From Tubiluchus corallicola (taxonomy: Eukaryota; Animalia; Priapulida): 64,000 nt of DNA. The DNA is taken from contig JAQGDQ010000042.1 in the NCBI GenBank assembly GCA_030141605.1, forward strand, positions 434,001 through 498,000, read 5' to 3'. Shown here in pieces: positions 13,267 through 25,786 of the stretch (positions are counted from its first letter, which is position 1; each line of letters begins with the position of its first letter). Both the position numbers and the translations under genes were made by a program. The notes beneath the pieces are model-generated. The model saw nothing but the letters and a program-made list of their open reading frames with translations, ran no database searches and was not told the origin of the DNA.

Positions 13267-13919
13267 GTAATTTTCACATGATTTTTTACACTAATTACTG
13301 ACTAGTTTTTAACACGAGTGCCACACTGCCCGTCTACCAGAAAACACTGCTGAAGTTTTTCCGTACTGGCGCACCGCTTTAAATTTGGTTAGAGGACACT
13401 GACGTAGTCCCAACACGTGTTCAGTCCCAAAATTATTTTCGAGTACTTTGACGTTGCCACGAATGTATGAACAACATCAGATACTAAATATTCAGCACAC
13501 CTAAAAGCATTACTGAATGGAGAACGTGGAAACTTCAGCTATGCAACTCATGCTCTAATATGAAACTTCCTTGCAGAACCTGATAAGTTACTCATAAGGT
13601 GTCATAAGTAACAGTCAACATAGATTCAGAACTGGTCTAAGTCTCACATATAAAGAATTATGTTCCTGCATAATTTCTATAAAAAATATGGTCTAACATT
13701 ACAGACTTGCTGATTTCACCTAAAGAATGGTTAGAGATACTCGATAATAAAGGCGAAGTCGCATTTAAACAAACTAAATCTGCTTTCGTGGCACATGTTC
13801 TTGCCATTTGAGCTACTACTGAACAAAACGGAGCTGGTCTTGATCTCACCCCAGCAGTGCTCAATCGGTTTGCTATTTATCCAATACTGTAGTGAAACAT
13901 TTTTTTTTATTAGAAAAAC

Positions 13920-14640
13920 ACCAAACAACAATACAATATAGCAAAATACATTACGATAACCTTTTTATGCATAGTTGCATTAATTTCATAATAAAATTGA
14001 CATTGGCATGATATCTATATAAATAGTTGCTTGCATTATAGTCAGAAGCGTGACTATAATGCAATTAACGGTGCTGGTGTTAGGGTGGAAAAGGGGAAGG
14101 TAAAAATGATGCAATGATAGTGGAGCGTGCAGGAGATGGGAATTAGTAGGATTAGGTTAGTGAAATGATATGAATGAGAATAATATGAGATTGCTATTAG
14201 AGATTTGCCATCGCAAAAATATATCAACATTTATGAACACACTAGGGCAAGTCTGTCGCTTATCGTGAATCTGAACATGCATCACATACTCTGCAAGCTT
14301 AATCTTTAATATGAATTTAGCAATATGTTTTCAAACTTTTTTTGAACCTTGATAACGACGAAATAGACTTAATATCTGCAGGTATTTTGTTCCACACGGT
14401 AAGACCAATAAATGAGATGAAATGTTTCGCAACATTAGTCCTACACCGGACAATTTGATACTTGTTAAATCTAGTATTGTAATGTTTTTGATTAGGATTA
14501 ACGAAAAAAGATTGACGAGATGAGGTGCCAATTCAAAATTGGCACGAATTTAGGTAGGCCATGAAAAATGCGAATAAACATTACTACACTCAACAATGCG
14601 TGTTGATTTTATAAGCCTCTGTGCCATTTTGTAAGCTCTC
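13920..14640 (-). mobile_element. L2/Crack-like LINE 3' fragment
   Basis: Minus strand ISFIGLTVWNKIP (~14380-14420) and a 3' stem-loop TGCATTATAGTCA..TGACTATAATGCA (~14032-14063). Confidence 0.65.
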
Positions 14641-16200
14641 CTGATGTGTTAAGAAAGGCATGCTTACAACAATTAGGCAAACATATACTACAACACACAC
14701 ATTCCGTTTAGTCAGTTTTAAATACCCAGTTATATTATACTGTGCATTTTTTATTATTCTCTTCCAACCAAAAAGTCATTTTGAAGTTCAGAAAACTCAT
14801 CCACAGCTTTGACATGTCCACAAACTCCATCATAATTTACGTCACTGCTGATGCTACAGAAAAGGGATAAACACGATAAATACGTATAAATTTACGTTAA
14901 CAGGTGCACTGCAGGGGTGGCATAAGGATCAGAATCAGCTTAATAACCCAACGACGTTATCCTAGACATAAATAAATTTTACATCTCCCAGGGAAGAAGG
15001 ATTCTGGATTCAAACAAATGCAACTATGCTACCATAAAAGCAGGTTTTGCCTTGCGCAATGCAAAGTGCAGATACTAGGTGGTGGGTGACAACTTACAGC
15101 AACTTGTGGGAGAATAGGCGGGTCAACAAAAACGCTTTAGCTCCTCCTGGTGGCAAGGGTGGATCCAAGATTGGAACAGTTGCCACTGTAGTATTATAAT
15201 GTCAGGTTTTGTCCTGTAAAATGCCAAGTCTGAGATGCTCAAATGATGGATGACATTTTGGGTGAGGGCCCGCAATGCATGACCCTCTTTCTGGAGGAAG
15301 GACAGAGGAGTGGGATGCTGGAGGGAAGAATCCAGGATGGTGGGCATAGGATGAGGATCCAGGTGTCACCTCGATTTACTCGGATTCTCCCACTGAATAA
15401 GAGTGACCTGTCATCTATTAACAATCCAACACTGACAAAAATACTTTTTCCACTCCCCCTGAGAGGAATGATAAACTACTGCAACCAAAGTGTCAGAAAG
15501 GCAAATTTTGTCCCCAAAATGTTGAGTTTAGATGATTAATGGTGGTGAGAACTTTTGGGCGATGACCTGGTCAGAGGTCAAGCATTGGAATCCTTAAAAT
15601 CATTAAATGTGACCAAAAACATCAGCATTTGCTAAATGAAATTTTCAGAGGGAAAATGTATCTTTGTTTGGCCAGGAGGAAGCCCATAGGAAATAGGACT
15701 TGGTGAACTAAATATGACCAAAAAGAATGAATTTGTCAGGATTGCCAATGTGTCGAACATGAAAATCAGGGAACTACACTGTTCTGGTTATCAGATGTTT
15801 TTAATTTTTTGTCAGATTTCATATGTTGTATGTTTCACCCTTAATTATCAATGAGAAGTACTAATAATGATAGCTAATTGCTCATTGGTGCAAATTATAT
15901 ACTAAAAGCTTTATTTTTCTAAATCTGGTATTTTAAATAAGTGTTACTAACTGGTATGATTTTTTTTATCAAAATGACAATGGTTTGAAAAAACTTTCAG
16001 TCACAGATAATTATAACAATCAAAAGAAAACAATTATAACTAAAGAAGTGTAAATTACTGCAGAGATAACTGTTAATGACAAGAACTGGAATGGTAAAAG
16101 AAAATTTCTTTGTATAGTGTAAAATTGTTCCTTGACACATGATATAGTCTTCTGCAAACAAGCCTCCGAGCGATAGAATGAATAAATGATGAATTAGTCT

Positions 16201-19200
16201 TCATGTTAATACAAATTGCTCTATAAACTCTTTTTGTGTAGCTTCTTCTTTTTGCAAAGCCTCATACTGAACTCGTAATCTAAAGAAAGAAAAATAAAAT
16301 TTTAGTATGAAATTTAATTTTTATTTGATAAAAAAATTAATAAAATATCTGGTTACTGCATAATCGGCATTATAATAAAAACACAAGTGTTTGAACAGCG
16401 ACAGCAGATGACGACAACTACATTTTACATGTTTACATCAATAACATGCACTTACCACCATAATCCACATGCATCACAATTCACATGCACACACAGATAT
16501 AACTTTTGACTCAAAGAAAGACCTAATTTGTCTTGCAAAAAGCACAAGACAATCTTGTGTTCTAAAAGTTTTGATAAAGTAATTTTTATCTACTACAAAC
16601 ATCTATGTGGTTTGCACAGTATACCTGGGGTGAATGCTTGTAATAAAGTAAACACATAATATTATAAAACTCACCGTTCTAACGTAATTTGTTTTTCAGT
16701 TAGCAGTGCCTGGAGTTGCTGACTCTGTGCTTCACGCTGCTTTTCAACTGATTTCAATAAGTTTCTAGCCCCCAGTGCCTGAAAAATAACAAAATTTTGA
16801 TCCTTAAGCTTCAATGTAGTTTCACTGCAAAAATTATCCCAAATGAGCAGCAAATAAGTCATGCAATCTATTTAATTTCAAAGCTTTATGCTCATTGAAG
16901 TTTCTTGTAGGGTTCCAATCTACACAACCAAGTATTCAGTTAAATTACGAACTAGTTGACATGGTCAGAAACTGATGATTTTGCAACAATAGTTGTAAAA
17001 TTAGGTCTTAAAAATGAAGAGATGACAGTTTTTCTTGAATGTGCTTATTTTCTCTTATTGAATTCACCTCACTTGCATACATGGGAACTACATTTCACAA
17101 TGAAACCTCAGCATTTAACTGTTCAGCCCATCATCCACGGGTCAAAGGTCAGCCAATGTTAGCATAACTTATATCATTCAGTTTGTCTCATTGAGACCTT
17201 TCATATGATATATAGAACAAGCTAGTTTCGGTTGACACTGGAAAGCTTTGTCTCATTGACCCCTATTTTCCCCCTAGCGGGGTCATGTGTTAACTATTTT
17301 CATTGTAATCTATGCCATTCGATTCCCATCATCGAGACCTTTCACTTGATTTGCTACAAGATACTATTGCTCAACACTTGGTGCACTTCAGTTCCCGACC
17401 CCCATTTTACGGTTTTTGCCCCCTAGCGGGGTTGCGAATCAACTACTCTCATTGCAAACTATGCCATTCGATCCGCCTCATCGAAACCTTTCATTTGATG
17501 TGCTACAAGGTACCATTGCTCAACACTCAGTGCACTTTTGTTCCCAACCCCGATTTTTTGGTTTCTGGGCCCCCGCGGAACATTTTGCTGCACGCACACG
17601 TCCCATATTTTGTGATGTACAAGGCCACGACAACACCTAGTAACATATTAAATATTGTGGCCTTATCTCAAAAACTATGGGAGCAGATGGATCATAAAGA
17701 AAAATAAATGAAGACCTACCCGCTGCATGACCTTTGACCTGGCCACTCCGGTCACATGTGAAACATACGTAACTTTGCCCAGAGCATGTACCCTGTGTGT
17801 TTTGAGTCCCTGTCAGCACGTAAAAGGTCACCAATCGGGAGACCCCAAATTTTTTATTTTGGCCCCTCCCTAGGCATTTAAAACTTGCCGCCTTTTAAAA
17901 CCAGGTGCACATCTACTCCACAGTGCCCAAATACTTGTGAAAAAATTTGTAAAAAACCAAAAGCCCTAGGAGGAGATGCGACCTAATGGCAAAACTGCCC
18001 AATGCCTACTGCCCTTTCCCGCATTGACCAATGGTCACTGGTTGCCACGCTGTTGTACATCCCCCACCCAGGGCTACCAACCCTGTGAATTTGGTTTTAT
18101 ACTAGCTTGCAAGCCTTACGAGTTATTAAGTGTTAAAGTGGTGGAGAATAAATAATAATAATAAAAATAATAACTCAATGAAAAACAGTAAGATTTTGCT
18201 ACAGCAAAATCTTAATAAAAACACACACTTAAGAAACACAAAGTTTACTGACTAAATTATATGTTTTCCGGACAATTTAATTAAGATTTCTAATCTAATT
18301 TTTTACTTGAACTTTGACAACATCTACTTCTTTCCCTAGTTCTTCAACAAGGCCAAGAAATCCACCAACTAGCTGCTTAAATTCTCCAATCTCTGAAAAA
18401 TATTAAATGAGGAGGTATATTGATACATACCAACAAATTAGCAGAAGTAAAAGCACTTGTAAATATAAATGCAATATAGTGACTTTCAAGCTACTTGTTT
18501 TAGCTGCACATGTCTGACATTAGCTGTAATCAGAGGGTAAAGATTTTGTGAGTGCACTTGAGCAATTTTTTTTAACTCGCCCTTGAAAAATGTGTCTCTT
18601 ACTAAGAAGCTGTAGAATAACACTTTATGCCAGCAAATGATGAATACGTCTCTTCTGTATAAAAATGAAACAGTTGTTTACAAGATTAAACTTTAACTTA
18701 AACATTTTGATGGAAAAAGTTTCAAAATAGTATCTTTGTTTGTGACAATATTTAACGATTTATTGAGTTATGATATACACTGCGTATAATAATAAAGCTG
18801 TCTGCTATCTATATTTTCTATCATTAAATCAGTAGACTTGGAGTTGGATTTGGACTGGGACTCACACTTGTACTTCAAGATCCCTAGACTTTTTCGCCAT
18901 CTAGCTGTAACAACCATACCAATTAGGACGGCAGATGCTTGGACATCAGAGAGAGGGGCATCATCTGGTACTGATGTATAAGATAAATGAGAGTGGCAGT
19001 GCCGCCCTCCCATTTCATTTCTGCTGATCAGTGTACGAAATCATATCATTCCCTAAAATATCAGCACCTTTCACCCTCATCCTCATCATATAAATTGTTG
19101 TTTTCCCGTGGCAATCCCACTGTGGGATAATCTCTCCAAAGAAATAGTTTACTATAATCTGTTGATTCACTTAAGGACTACATCTCAGTTCATCACTTAC

Positions 19201-19914
19201 ATGAATATCCACTTGCACACAGGTTTGAAGCGATTGGCATGGTATCTGTAGTTGGAGTTAACCGACTAGTCAATGAGAACCTGAACCAGCTTTGGCAACA
19301 CATGTTTTTGGTGTTGGCTAGCAGTAATGCTTGACAATTTCTAGCAAATCTACAGCCAAATTATAATGATTATAAATTTTCGTATATTTGAGTTTTTTGA
19401 AGACGTACAATTTATTGTGCAGTAAGTTCGAATTCAAAATGCACTACATGACGATGAGTATATTAAAGCGCACAAGAAACGTAGCTTAGCGACACTTGGC
19501 GTGCTGAGAGGTTAAGCACCCACTATCACATTAATTAACATCAAGAACAATCTGGAGCTTTGTGAATGATTTCACAAATCACAAGTGACAGCTAACAGTA
19601 ACACGAGCGCCAAGGAGTGGACAGCTAGCTTCCTCACAAGCAGTTGATCGAGTTTAATAGGCGAGTTAAATTAAGTTAATTTTCCTGTAATTCACTAAAT
19701 ATTTAATTCAGTTAAAATAAAACCAGCACGACTAACATTACTGAATAAGAATGTAATCACAAGAATGATTAAATTAATTCACCGTACTGTCGATAAAGCC
19801 TTTACATTCTTCCCTCAGTTCTCCTGTCTCTTGTGCAATGTCTGGTTCCAATACCCTTATTTTGTTTAATTCGTCGACGTACAGTCCTGACTCTGATAAT
19901 GCTGATTTTTGCAT
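16201..19914 (-). CDS. IFT20: Intraflagellar transport protein 20; 4 coding exons, 131 aa
   Basis: complement(join(16201..16279,16675..16778,18307..18392,19788..19914)), all [79 protein letters not shown]. Confidence 0.95.
16950..18215. mobile_element. Non-autonomous Helentron/HINE (DINE-1)-like element, copy 1, in IFT20 intron 2
   Basis: Colinear with 25787-26866. Three internal subrepeats (CATTCG..GAGACCTTTCA..TGAT), an (AAT)n tract and a terminal hairpin TAAGATTTTGCT-AC-AGCAAAATCTTA. Family assignment is inferred from architecture. Confidence 0.65.
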
Positions 19915-20208
19915 TTTTAGCTTCTAAAATTCAACTTTGCTTTTTATTTCCAGTTTTCTATTTCAAAAAATTTCCACACAGCATTATAATAATTATCGTA
20001 AATATATATATAAACACCTGCTGCTGCCTAGAAACGGTCAATCACTTGATTACCGATCGTGGCTCGACGTTAGTGGTTTGTTGCCTGAGAGCCAGTCAAT
20101 CCACTCCAGTGCATAAGCGGACGCCATAAGCGAGCAGAATCCCACCGATGTACAGCTTCACAAAGTTTTCTTAATTTTGAGATATTTCAGCAAAATTAGA
20201 TATTGCAG
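19915..20208. promoter_or_regulatory. Bidirectional promoter region of IFT20 (-) and CTR9 (+), including the CTR9 non-coding first exon
   Basis: IFT20 ATG at 19914. CTR9 UTR donor cag|gtacgt at 20208/20209 and acceptor tttttctttgcag| at 21183. CpG-richer than the flanks. Confidence 0.65.
20023..20035. promoter_or_regulatory. RFX X-box
   Basis: GCTGCC-T-AGAAAC fits GYTRYY-N1-3-RRHRAC and lies ~110 bp upstream of the ciliary gene IFT20. Confidence 0.6.
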
Positions 20209-20778
20209 GTACGTGGAAATAAGTAAACTGCTGTTTTTACATACAGGTGCGTACTCAGGACCCTCTTCGTTGCTATTGAACAAGGCTGTTCAGTGCTAGC
20301 AATGCTATCTGTTTTATTATATGTAATGTATTAACTATTTCGGTAGTGCTAACCTAGCTCTGGCCTAACCTCGTGCTAGCCTGATACTTAGTGCTTGAGT
20401 ATATGCACAGGTTACAAAAAAATTAAATATAATATAATTAGCACTTGCTTTTGCATGAGTATGTGAGTAATTTTTGTTTTTCTCCATAAATTTACATTAA
20501 TTTAACGAAAATACAAATGAACATGGGAGAAAGGGTGGCAAAAAACCAAAAGTTAGCGAGTCAACCACCCTTCTCAGAAGGACAAGTAAACAAAAAGATG
20601 CTAATGACAGCAGAACACAACTACATAATACATAAACGTCCTTAAATACAAAAAACAAAAATACAACAACAACAAAAACTAAGTAAAGTAAAGTAGCACT
20701 TTGAAGTGTGGATTGGTAGGGTTGAGTTGTTGGTTTTGTATTAAAATCTGCTGCAATTAGAAGAGACTGTATGGTTTA

Positions 20779-20896
20779 CTGGTGATTGCGTTGGACATAA
20801 ATCCAGTATACTACTATAAATACCAACATTCCCACATGCTGGTGATTGCGTTGGACATAAATCCAGTATACTACTAAATACCAACATTCCCACATG
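20779..20896. repeat. Near-perfect tandem duplication (60 + 58 bp)
   Basis: CTGGTGATTGCGTTGGACATAAATCCAGTATACTAC..ATACCAACATTCCCACATG occurs twice in the CTR9 5'-UTR intron. Confidence 0.9.
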
Positions 20897-21197
20897 TCCT
20901 TCATATTGGTCAGATTTGATTTAAAAAACTCAATATATATCATTATGTGTCTAGATGTATTGTATTCATAAAAATTATTAAACCAGTAATCTTGAAATTA
21001 GTCTTAATCACAACTGAGTAACATCACCAGTCTAGGAATTTTTTCAGGTGCTTGTATACATATGTTGCTAACATGGTTAGAATGTGTTTGACTACTCTGA
21101 TTATATTTTGGAATTATTTCTAATTTCATCAGTTTTTGTTGTCTAGCATGCCATGTACCTGACAATGTTGTTTTTCTTTGCAGTTTCCTCTTGAAGC

Positions 21198-24100
21198 ATG
21201 GCTACAATAGAAATTCCATTACGGGATACAGATGAGGTTATAGAACTAGACCTGGACCAGCTGCCTGAGGGAGAAGAGGTCATGAGTATTTTGAGACAAG
21301 AGCATGCTCCTCTACATATCTGGGTAACCTTGGCTCTACAGTATTACAAACAAAATAGCGTTGAAGATTTTGTTAAAATTTTGGAAGCATCGCATACCGA
21401 TGCGAACCTACAGTACAGAGACTATGAGAAAGACCAAATGCGTGCATTGGACACTTTAGCTGCCTATTATGTGCAAAAAGCCCACAAGGAGAAGAATAAG
21501 GATCGTAAACGAGAATTGTTTACTCAGGCAACTCTGTTGTACACAACTGCTGATAAAATAATTATGTATGACCAGAATCATCTGCTAGGTCGAGCATATT
21601 TTTGTCTTCTGGAAGGCGATAAGATGGACCAAGCTGATGCCCAGTTTAATTTCGTTCTTAACCAGTCACCTAGTAACATACCAGCCCTTCTTGGCAAAGC
21701 TTGCATAGCTTTTAACAAAAAGGATTTTCGAGGTGCACTAGCATTTTACAAGAAAGCTTTGAGGACAAATCCTAATTGTCCAGCTGCTGTTCGCCTTGGT
21801 ATGGGACATTGCTTTGTTAAATTAAATAAGATGGAAAAGGCTCGCTTGGCATTTGAGAGAGCATTACAGTTAGATGGGCAATGTGTTGCTGGACTTGTTG
21901 GTCTTGCCATATTAGAATTAAATACAAAGCAGGCGGAAAGTATTCGCAATGGCGTGCAAATGCTTTCACGTGCATACACTATTGACTCTACTAATCCAAT
22001 GGTACTTAATCATTTGGCAAACCACTTTTTCTTTAAGAAAGATTATAATAAGGTGCAGCACTTAGCACTGCATGCTTTTCATAATACAGAGAATGAAGCT
22101 ATGCGAGCAGAAAGTTGTTACCAATTAGCAAGAGCTTTTCATGTTCAAGAAGATTATGACCAAGCTTTCCAGTATTATTATCAGTCAACCCAGTTTGCAG
22201 CTGTGTCTTTTGTTTTGCCATTTTTTGGACTTGGACAGATGTACATATATCGAGGTGACTCAGAAAATGCAGCACAGTGTTTTGAAAAAGTCCTGAAGGC
22301 TCAGCCGGGAAACTACGAAACTATGAAAATTCTTGGATCGTTGTATGCCAATTCGCTTAGTGAAGCAAAACAAGAAATTGCACGAAATCATTTGAAGAAA
22401 GTTGTGGAACAATACCCCGATGATGTCGAAGCATGGATAGAGTTAGCACAAATTCTTCAAAAAGGGGACGTACAGGGGGCTTTGTCAGCTTATGGAACAG
22501 CAGTGAGAATTCTCAAAGAAAAAGTCCAAGCAGATGTCCCGCCAGAAATATTAAATAATGTTGCCGCATTGCATTATCGGCTGGGTAGTTTGGTCGAAGC
22601 TAGGCGGTATTATGAAGCTGCCTTAGAAAGAGCTCGTAGTGAATCTGAGCATGATGAAGCGTACTATAGTGCCATATCAGTTACAATGACATACAATCTT
22701 GCTAGGTTGTATGAAGCAACATTCAACTTCGATTTGGCCGAGAAAATGTACAAAAACATCTTAAGGGAACACCCAAATTACGTTGACTGTTACCTACGGT
22801 TAGGTTGTATGGCACGAGATCGAGGCCAAATTTATGAGGCATCTGATTGGTTCAAGGATGCTCTTCAAATTAACCAAGATCACCCGGATGCTTGGTCACT
22901 AATAGGTAATCTTCATTTAGCAAAGCAAGAATGGGGTCCAGGACAGAAGAAATATGAAAGAATCATTAATAACCCAGAAACAGCAAATGATGCTTACTCG
23001 CTAATTGCTCTCGGAAATGTATGGCTGCAAACACTACACCAACCCCAGCGTGACAAAGACAAGGAAAAACGACATCAGGACCGGGCTTTAGCTTTATACA
23101 AACAGGTTTTGAGAAATGATCCTCGAAATATATGGGCTGCTAATGGTATTGGTTCTGTTTTAGCACAGAAGGGATGTATCAATGAAGCACGAGATGTTTT
23201 TGCACAGGTTCGCGAGGCAACAGCAGACTTTTGTGATGTCTGGCTGAACATAGCTCATATTTATGTTGAACAAAAGCAATATGTCAGTGCGGTGCAAATG
23301 TACGAAAATTGCTTAAAGAAATTTTTTCGTTATCACAATACAGAAGTGCTTCAGTATCTAGCCAGAGCTTACTTTAGGTGCGGAAAGTTGAGTGAATGTA
23401 AACAGATATTGCTTAAGGTTCGTCATGTTTCTCCCAGTGATTCTGTGCTTTTGTACAATCTTTCGTTGGTGATGCAAAAGCTAGCCATGCATACACTGAA
23501 AGAGGAAAAGAGTAATTTAAAGACAGTACTTGGAGCTGTCAGAGAACTAGAATTATCACAAACTTATTTCAACTATTTGAGTAAGTTTGGAGATCGAATG
23601 AAATTTGATCGTAACTGGGCTGCACGCGAAGCTCAGCAGTGCTCAGATTTGCTTAGCCAGGCTCAGTATCATGTAGCTCGTGCACGAAAACTTGATGAAG
23701 AGGAGAAGGAGCTGAGAAAAAAGCAAGAGCGAGAAAGAGATGCCCTTCGTCAAAAGGCTCTTTTTGAAAAACAACAGCGAGATGAGCAACTAAAAGTCCA
23801 ACAAGAAGCAATGTTGCAGAAGCGAGCAGAATATATTGAGAAAACTAAAAAGCTACTGGATTTCTCAGACATGCCAGAAACAAAACCAACAAAAAAAGGT
23901 AGAAAGAGAGAAAAGGATGATATTGTTTCAGACAGTGGCAGTGATGCTGAGAATACTGAAGCCGACGCTCCACGCAAGAAACGTCGGCAAGAAGATCGAG
24001 AAAGAAGGAAACGGCCCACAAAGAGACGTTCACGTAAATCAGATGTTGCTGCTGATGATAGTGATGAAGAGTCCAGCACCAGAGAGCAAACAAAACGACG

Positions 24101-24875
24101 CCGAAAACATGGTGGTGCTAAAGATAAGAAAAAGGCAAAAGTGGACGAAGATGGTCTTACTGCGAAGCAGCGACGAAAAGTTGTTTCTAAAGCTACTGTC
24201 TCATCAAGTGAATCTGAGTCTGACACAGGTGCTTTAAAAATAGATCAAAAGTCAGAAAGTGGCTCAGAAGAAGATGTATCAAAACATGCAAAAGCACGAC
24301 GTATCATGTCTGATTCAGATAGTGGTTCTGATAGTGGCAAAAAGGTCGAAGAAAGAGAAGATACTGCAGCATTGAGAAGGGAGCAATCGGATTCTGACAG
24401 AGCACCGTCAAGATCCAGAGAAAGTAGTCCGGCATCAGAAAGGAAAGGTGCGAGTTCACGTGATGGTAGTCCCGTATCAGAAAGAGGTAGTCAGAGAGAT
24501 AGTTCTCATAGTGGTAGAGATAGTCCGGCAAGTGGCAAGGGCAGCCCTGCATCACAGGCTGGCAGCCATCAGTCAAGAGGTAGCCGTAGCCCTTCACCTG
24601 AGAATCAGAGCCCCAGGTCCGGTGGCAGCAGTCCAGTATCTCAAAGATCTAGAAGTCCAGGATCTCCTAGATCTGGAAGCCCTGCGTCTCGTAAGTCGGA
24701 AAGTCCAGCCTCTCATAGATCAGGAAGTCCAGCCTCTCATAGATCAGGAAGTCCAGCCTCTCATAGGTCGGGGAGTCCAGCATCTCGGAGATCAGGGAGT
24801 CCAACATCTCAGAGATCAGAAAGTGCACATTCTGGTTCTGATAATGAAAGTGAACACTCAGCAACAGCGGATTAG
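21198..24875 (+). CDS. CTR9: PAF1 complex subunit CTR9; single coding exon, 1225 aa
   Basis: [25 protein letters not shown] start, a long TPR array, WAANGIG, and a charged Ser-rich tail. Confidence 0.97.
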   Translation: MATIEIPLRDTDEVIELDLDQLPEGEEVMSILRQEHAPLHIWVTLALQYYKQNSVEDFVKILEASHTDANLQYRDYEKDQMRALDTLAAYYVQKAHKEKNKDRKRELFTQATLLYTTADKIIMYDQNHLLGRAYFCLLEGDKMDQADAQFNFVLNQSPSNIPALLGKACIAFNKKDFRGALAFYKKALRTNPNCPAAVRLGMGHCFVKLNKMEKARLAFERALQLDGQCVAGLVGLAILELNTKQAESIRNGVQMLSRAYTIDSTNPMVLNHLANHFFFKKDYNKVQHLALHAFHNTENEAMRAESCYQLARAFHVQEDYDQAFQYYYQSTQFAAVSFVLPFFGLGQMYIYRGDSENAAQCFEKVLKAQPGNYETMKILGSLYANSLSEAKQEIARNHLKKVVEQYPDDVEAWIELAQILQKGDVQGALSAYGTAVRILKEKVQADVPPEILNNVAALHYRLGSLVEARRYYEAALERARSESEHDEAYYSAISVTMTYNLARLYEATFNFDLAEKMYKNILREHPNYVDCYLRLGCMARDRGQIYEASDWFKDALQINQDHPDAWSLIGNLHLAKQEWGPGQKKYERIINNPETANDAYSLIALGNVWLQTLHQPQRDKDKEKRHQDRALALYKQVLRNDPRNIWAANGIGSVLAQKGCINEARDVFAQVREATADFCDVWLNIAHIYVEQKQYVSAVQMYENCLKKFFRYHNTEVLQYLARAYFRCGKLSECKQILLKVRHVSPSDSVLLYNLSLVMQKLAMHTLKEEKSNLKTVLGAVRELELSQTYFNYLSKFGDRMKFDRNWAAREAQQCSDLLSQAQYHVARARKLDEEEKELRKKQERERDALRQKALFEKQQRDEQLKVQQEAMLQKRAEYIEKTKKLLDFSDMPETKPTKKGRKREKDDIVSDSGSDAENTEADAPRKKRRQEDRERRKRPTKRRSRKSDVAADDSDEESSTREQTKRRRKHGGAKDKKKAKVDEDGLTAKQRRKVVSKATVSSSESESDTGALKIDQKSESGSEEDVSKHAKARRIMSDSDSGSDSGKKVEEREDTAALRREQSDSDRAPSRSRESSPASERKGASSRDGSPVSERGSQRDSSHSGRDSPASGKGSPASQAGSHQSRGSRSPSPENQSPRSGGSSPVSQRSRSPGSPRSGSPASRKSESPASHRSGSPASHRSGSPASHRSGSPASRRSGSPTSQRSESAHSGSDNESEHSATAD
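24669..24818 (+). repeat. Coding 24-bp tandem repeat (RSGSPASH-type, ~6 units)
   Basis: AGATCAGGAAGTCCAGCCTCTCAT variants in the CTR9 C-terminus. Confidence 0.85.
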
Positions 24876-25786
24876 ATGAGGTCAGAAAAAGGTTCCCCCT
24901 TTTTCATACGAAAAAGGAATCAGTCTCACAGAGAATAATAGGTTTAGGCAGTTATGATTTCTGAGATGCTGAGGTCATTTCTGACAATGTGGAACACTTC
25001 TAAATTGTTTATGGTCCTTGTGTGAAAATGGTTACACTGTAATTAATGATTTTGCTGTTTGTAGTAGTGGCATTGTGTTTTCTGACTGAAATGTTAGTCT
25101 GTAGTGTACAGTCATTATCAGATATACTTATTTGTGTAGATTTACATACATTTTTCAAACAGTAAAGTTACATGTACATTATATTGTGCACTAATTTGCC
25201 CCATCAGGCATATATCTGGCAAATGAATTAAATTTTGCAGAAAATTCAAAGTTTTTTGGTCGTATGAATGTTATTCAAATCATACTACAATGTGTACCTT
25301 GCGTATTCGCACTTTATGGCACGTACATGCTAATTTCAACTTTGAACATGACCTATGAAATAGAAGAAATGCGTATAATGAGTGAAGAGTGACCTGGAAA
25401 ATAGTAAAAAGCAATTAAAATAAAATAAAGAATGGCTAGAAGACAAAGTCAGAATCAAACAGTAGAAGTAAAAAAACCAGCAATAAGGTCATCATTGAAA
25501 AACCAGCAATATTAAATTACAGGCAGCTTTTATTGCCGACAATAACAATATGAATCTGCAACTACATAAAAGATTACCGTTACCCTGCTTTTATGTTAAG
25601 GGAACCGCAGATATAATTTCTGATGTTTTTGAATGACGTGGCTGCTGCGTCGAACCCAAAACCTCCCGAATTTTCCACTAGCATGTAATCCACCATGATC
25701 AACAAAACTGAAATTTTTAAAGAGGGTAACATTAAATTTGGAAAGTGGCAGTGTTGGAGGAAGAGAGTGGTGAAAATTAAATGCAA

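Noticed and set aside
15123-15539. GC-richer overlapping short ORFs (KPDIII motif)
   Set aside because: Not enough motif support for a restriction-like endonuclease LINE; probably an unclassified repeat.
19028-19089. Minus-strand C/D box arrangement in IFT20 intron 1
   Set aside because: No convincing rRNA or snRNA antisense element or terminal stem, and it lies next to repeat-like DNA.
23750-24879. Overlapping alternative-frame and antisense ORFs in the CTR9 tail
   Set aside because: They are expected shadows of low-complexity, repetitive codons.
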